From Atribacterota bacterium (GTDB lineage Bacteria > Atribacterota > Phoenicimicrobiia > Phoenicimicrobiales > Stramentimicrobiaceae), in contig JAXGNR010000006.1 in assembly GCA_040767965.1 (NCBI GenBank), forward strand, positions 32,001-96,000: a stretch of 64,000 nt of DNA, given 5' to 3'. A program made the position numbers and the translations under genes. This document shows positions 62,407 to 64,000 of this stretch, piece by piece (the first letter of the stretch is position 1; every line of letters begins with the position of its first letter). Under the pieces are notes generated by a model. The model saw only the letters and a list, made by a program, of their open reading frames with translations. It was not told the DNA's origin and searched no databases.

Positions 62407-62584
62407 TTTATATAATATATACCATATTGTTTTATTATAAATCAATTTCAAAATGTTTTTCTATGCTATTTTGGTTAATTGTTGCAAAACTAATTTACTG
62501 TAACTAAAATAATATTAAACCCTGTATTGATTATTATTTGAACTGTTCGAATATTTTTAATTGCTGATAAGGAGAATATTATAG

Positions 62585-62952
62585 ATGATAAAACCTGTAT
62601 TGTTAATTTATATTGTAAATCAAATATCCTTTATTATTATTATTGTATGAAGTTTAATATGTATAGAATTTGTAATTATTATATTTATTGATTTAATAAA
62701 ATTAGAGATTAGGAGATTTAAAGGATTAAGACCATATTATGAACGTACTATTCTACGTCATCGTTTTGGCTCATATTTACTTCTAGGTTTAGAATTCTTA
62801 ATTGCAGCTGATATTATTCTAACTATTAGCCAGCCAAGTCTGGAAGAAATTATTATCCTGGCCGTATAGTTGGAATTAGGACAGTTATCAGTTACTTCCT
62901 TGATAAAGAGATGTCCAGTTCAGACAAAAACAAAAAACTAAAAGAAAAATAA
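62585..62952 (+). pseudogene. DUF1622 membrane protein, fragmented
   Basis: RHRFGSYLLLGLEFLIAADIILTI..P and IRTVISYFLDKE in different frames. Confidence 0.8.
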
Positions 62953-62971
62953 TAAACATCTTCAATATTAT

Positions 62972-64000
62972 TTAATATACAAAACGAGTAATTGTTGCCA
63001 ATAAAAAAGCAATAAGAAAAGTGAAAATAATTGTAAATATGGTTCTTTTGCTTCCAATTTCTTTGATCAAAACAGCTATTGTTGCCACACAGGGGACATA
63101 AAAGTACAAAAATAGTAAATGTCATTATTTGAGTGGAACTCATTACAGTACTAACATCAGCAACTCCCAGGGCTTGAACTAACATAACCATAGACAATTC
63201 TTTTCTCAGTACGCCAAAAATGAGGGTTACACCTACTGCTACAGGCAATCCTAATAATAAAGTAACAGGTGATATTATTTTATTAATAAATGCCTCTAAA
63301 TGCCAGTGTTTCAATAAACTTAAAATAATGCTGCCAATAATTAATAGGCCAGGCAACTACAATAAATTCTTTCATTCTTAACCAGACTTTGGATAATAAT
63401 ATTTTTATCGAAGGCAAGTGGTACGCAGGTATTTCCAGAATCATACCAGGAGTTATCTCTGGCATAATCTTAGAAAGAATTAATCCGGCAATTGCCACAA
63501 CAATAATATTAAAGATAAAGACAAACATAGCTGCTTTCGGTCCGAGATAAAAAGCAACTAATCCAAAAATAATAGTTATACGGGCAGCACAGGGAATCAT
63601 AGTTGTTAATACAGAGGTAATGAAACGATCTCTTTCTGATTCCAAAATTCTGGTAGCCATTACCGCCGGTACTGTACATCCATAACCTAGTATAAGAGGA
63701 ATAATTGCTTTCCCATGCAATCCGATTTTATGAAGGAAAGCGTCCATTAAGTAAGCAACTCTGGGTAAATATCCAGTGTCTTCCAAAAATGCCAATCCAA
63801 ATAGAAAGGGAAAAAGGAAAGGTAAGACAATCGCAATACCTCCAGCCAGACCCTGTACAACACCATTTACAATATGGTATAGCAAAGTATCAGCACCTAA
63901 AACATGTTCAGCATATGGTAAGAACTGATAAAAGAAATCAAGTAAAGGCTCTTCCAGTAATGCCCCTACATAAAATACAAAATTAAAAAAAAGATATAAA
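62972..64000 (-). pseudogene. feoB: Ferrous iron transporter FeoB, C-terminal part with frameshifts; runs off the window edge
   Basis: LEDTGYLPR, GLHGK, GYGCTVPAVMATR, IPCAAR, EIPAY, GVLRKE and Y.PCV motifs. Confidence 0.92.

Noticed and set aside
554-63986. Numerous short ORFs antisense to or nested in identified genes (e.g. 9674-10153, 20583-20978, 59164-59712)
   Set aside because: Shadow frames of well-supported genes, with no SD or family motifs

Overview
Low-GC bacterial window, most likely from an anaerobic diderm (it has a TonB-dependent receptor, superoxide reductase and a minimal SufC/SufB-type system). The gene style is compatible with Atribacterota/JS1, but that is a weak inference. 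The region is dominated by metal, metalloid and ion homeostasis genes: CDF, MgtE, CorA, VIT1, KtrAB, FeoB, an ArsR-permease-thioredoxin-CcdA-Acr3 operon, a MarR-ArsP operon, and a PerR-ferritin-like-desulfoferrodoxin operon. It also carries a cobalamin-riboswitch-controlled receptor-TonB-ExbBD operon and a GlgE-pathway alpha-glucan cluster. Three IS elements or remnants can be delimited by their ends: an IS1-like remnant, an ISLre2-family element and an IS481-family element. There are many frameshifted genes and deletion remnants (yhaM/cyuA, mgtA, treY, DGC-like, part of mgtE). I saw no rRNA, tRNA or CRISPR array. The best candidates for something undescribed are (i) an orphan ~90-nt promoter-to-terminator unit carrying an anti-Shine-Dalgarno/anti-AUG segment at 51232-51354, and (ii) a MarR-ArsP operon with an unannotated 53-aa Cys-rich microprotein, in which all three soluble products end in Cys-Cys. 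All family calls come from motif recognition by eye; no searches were run.
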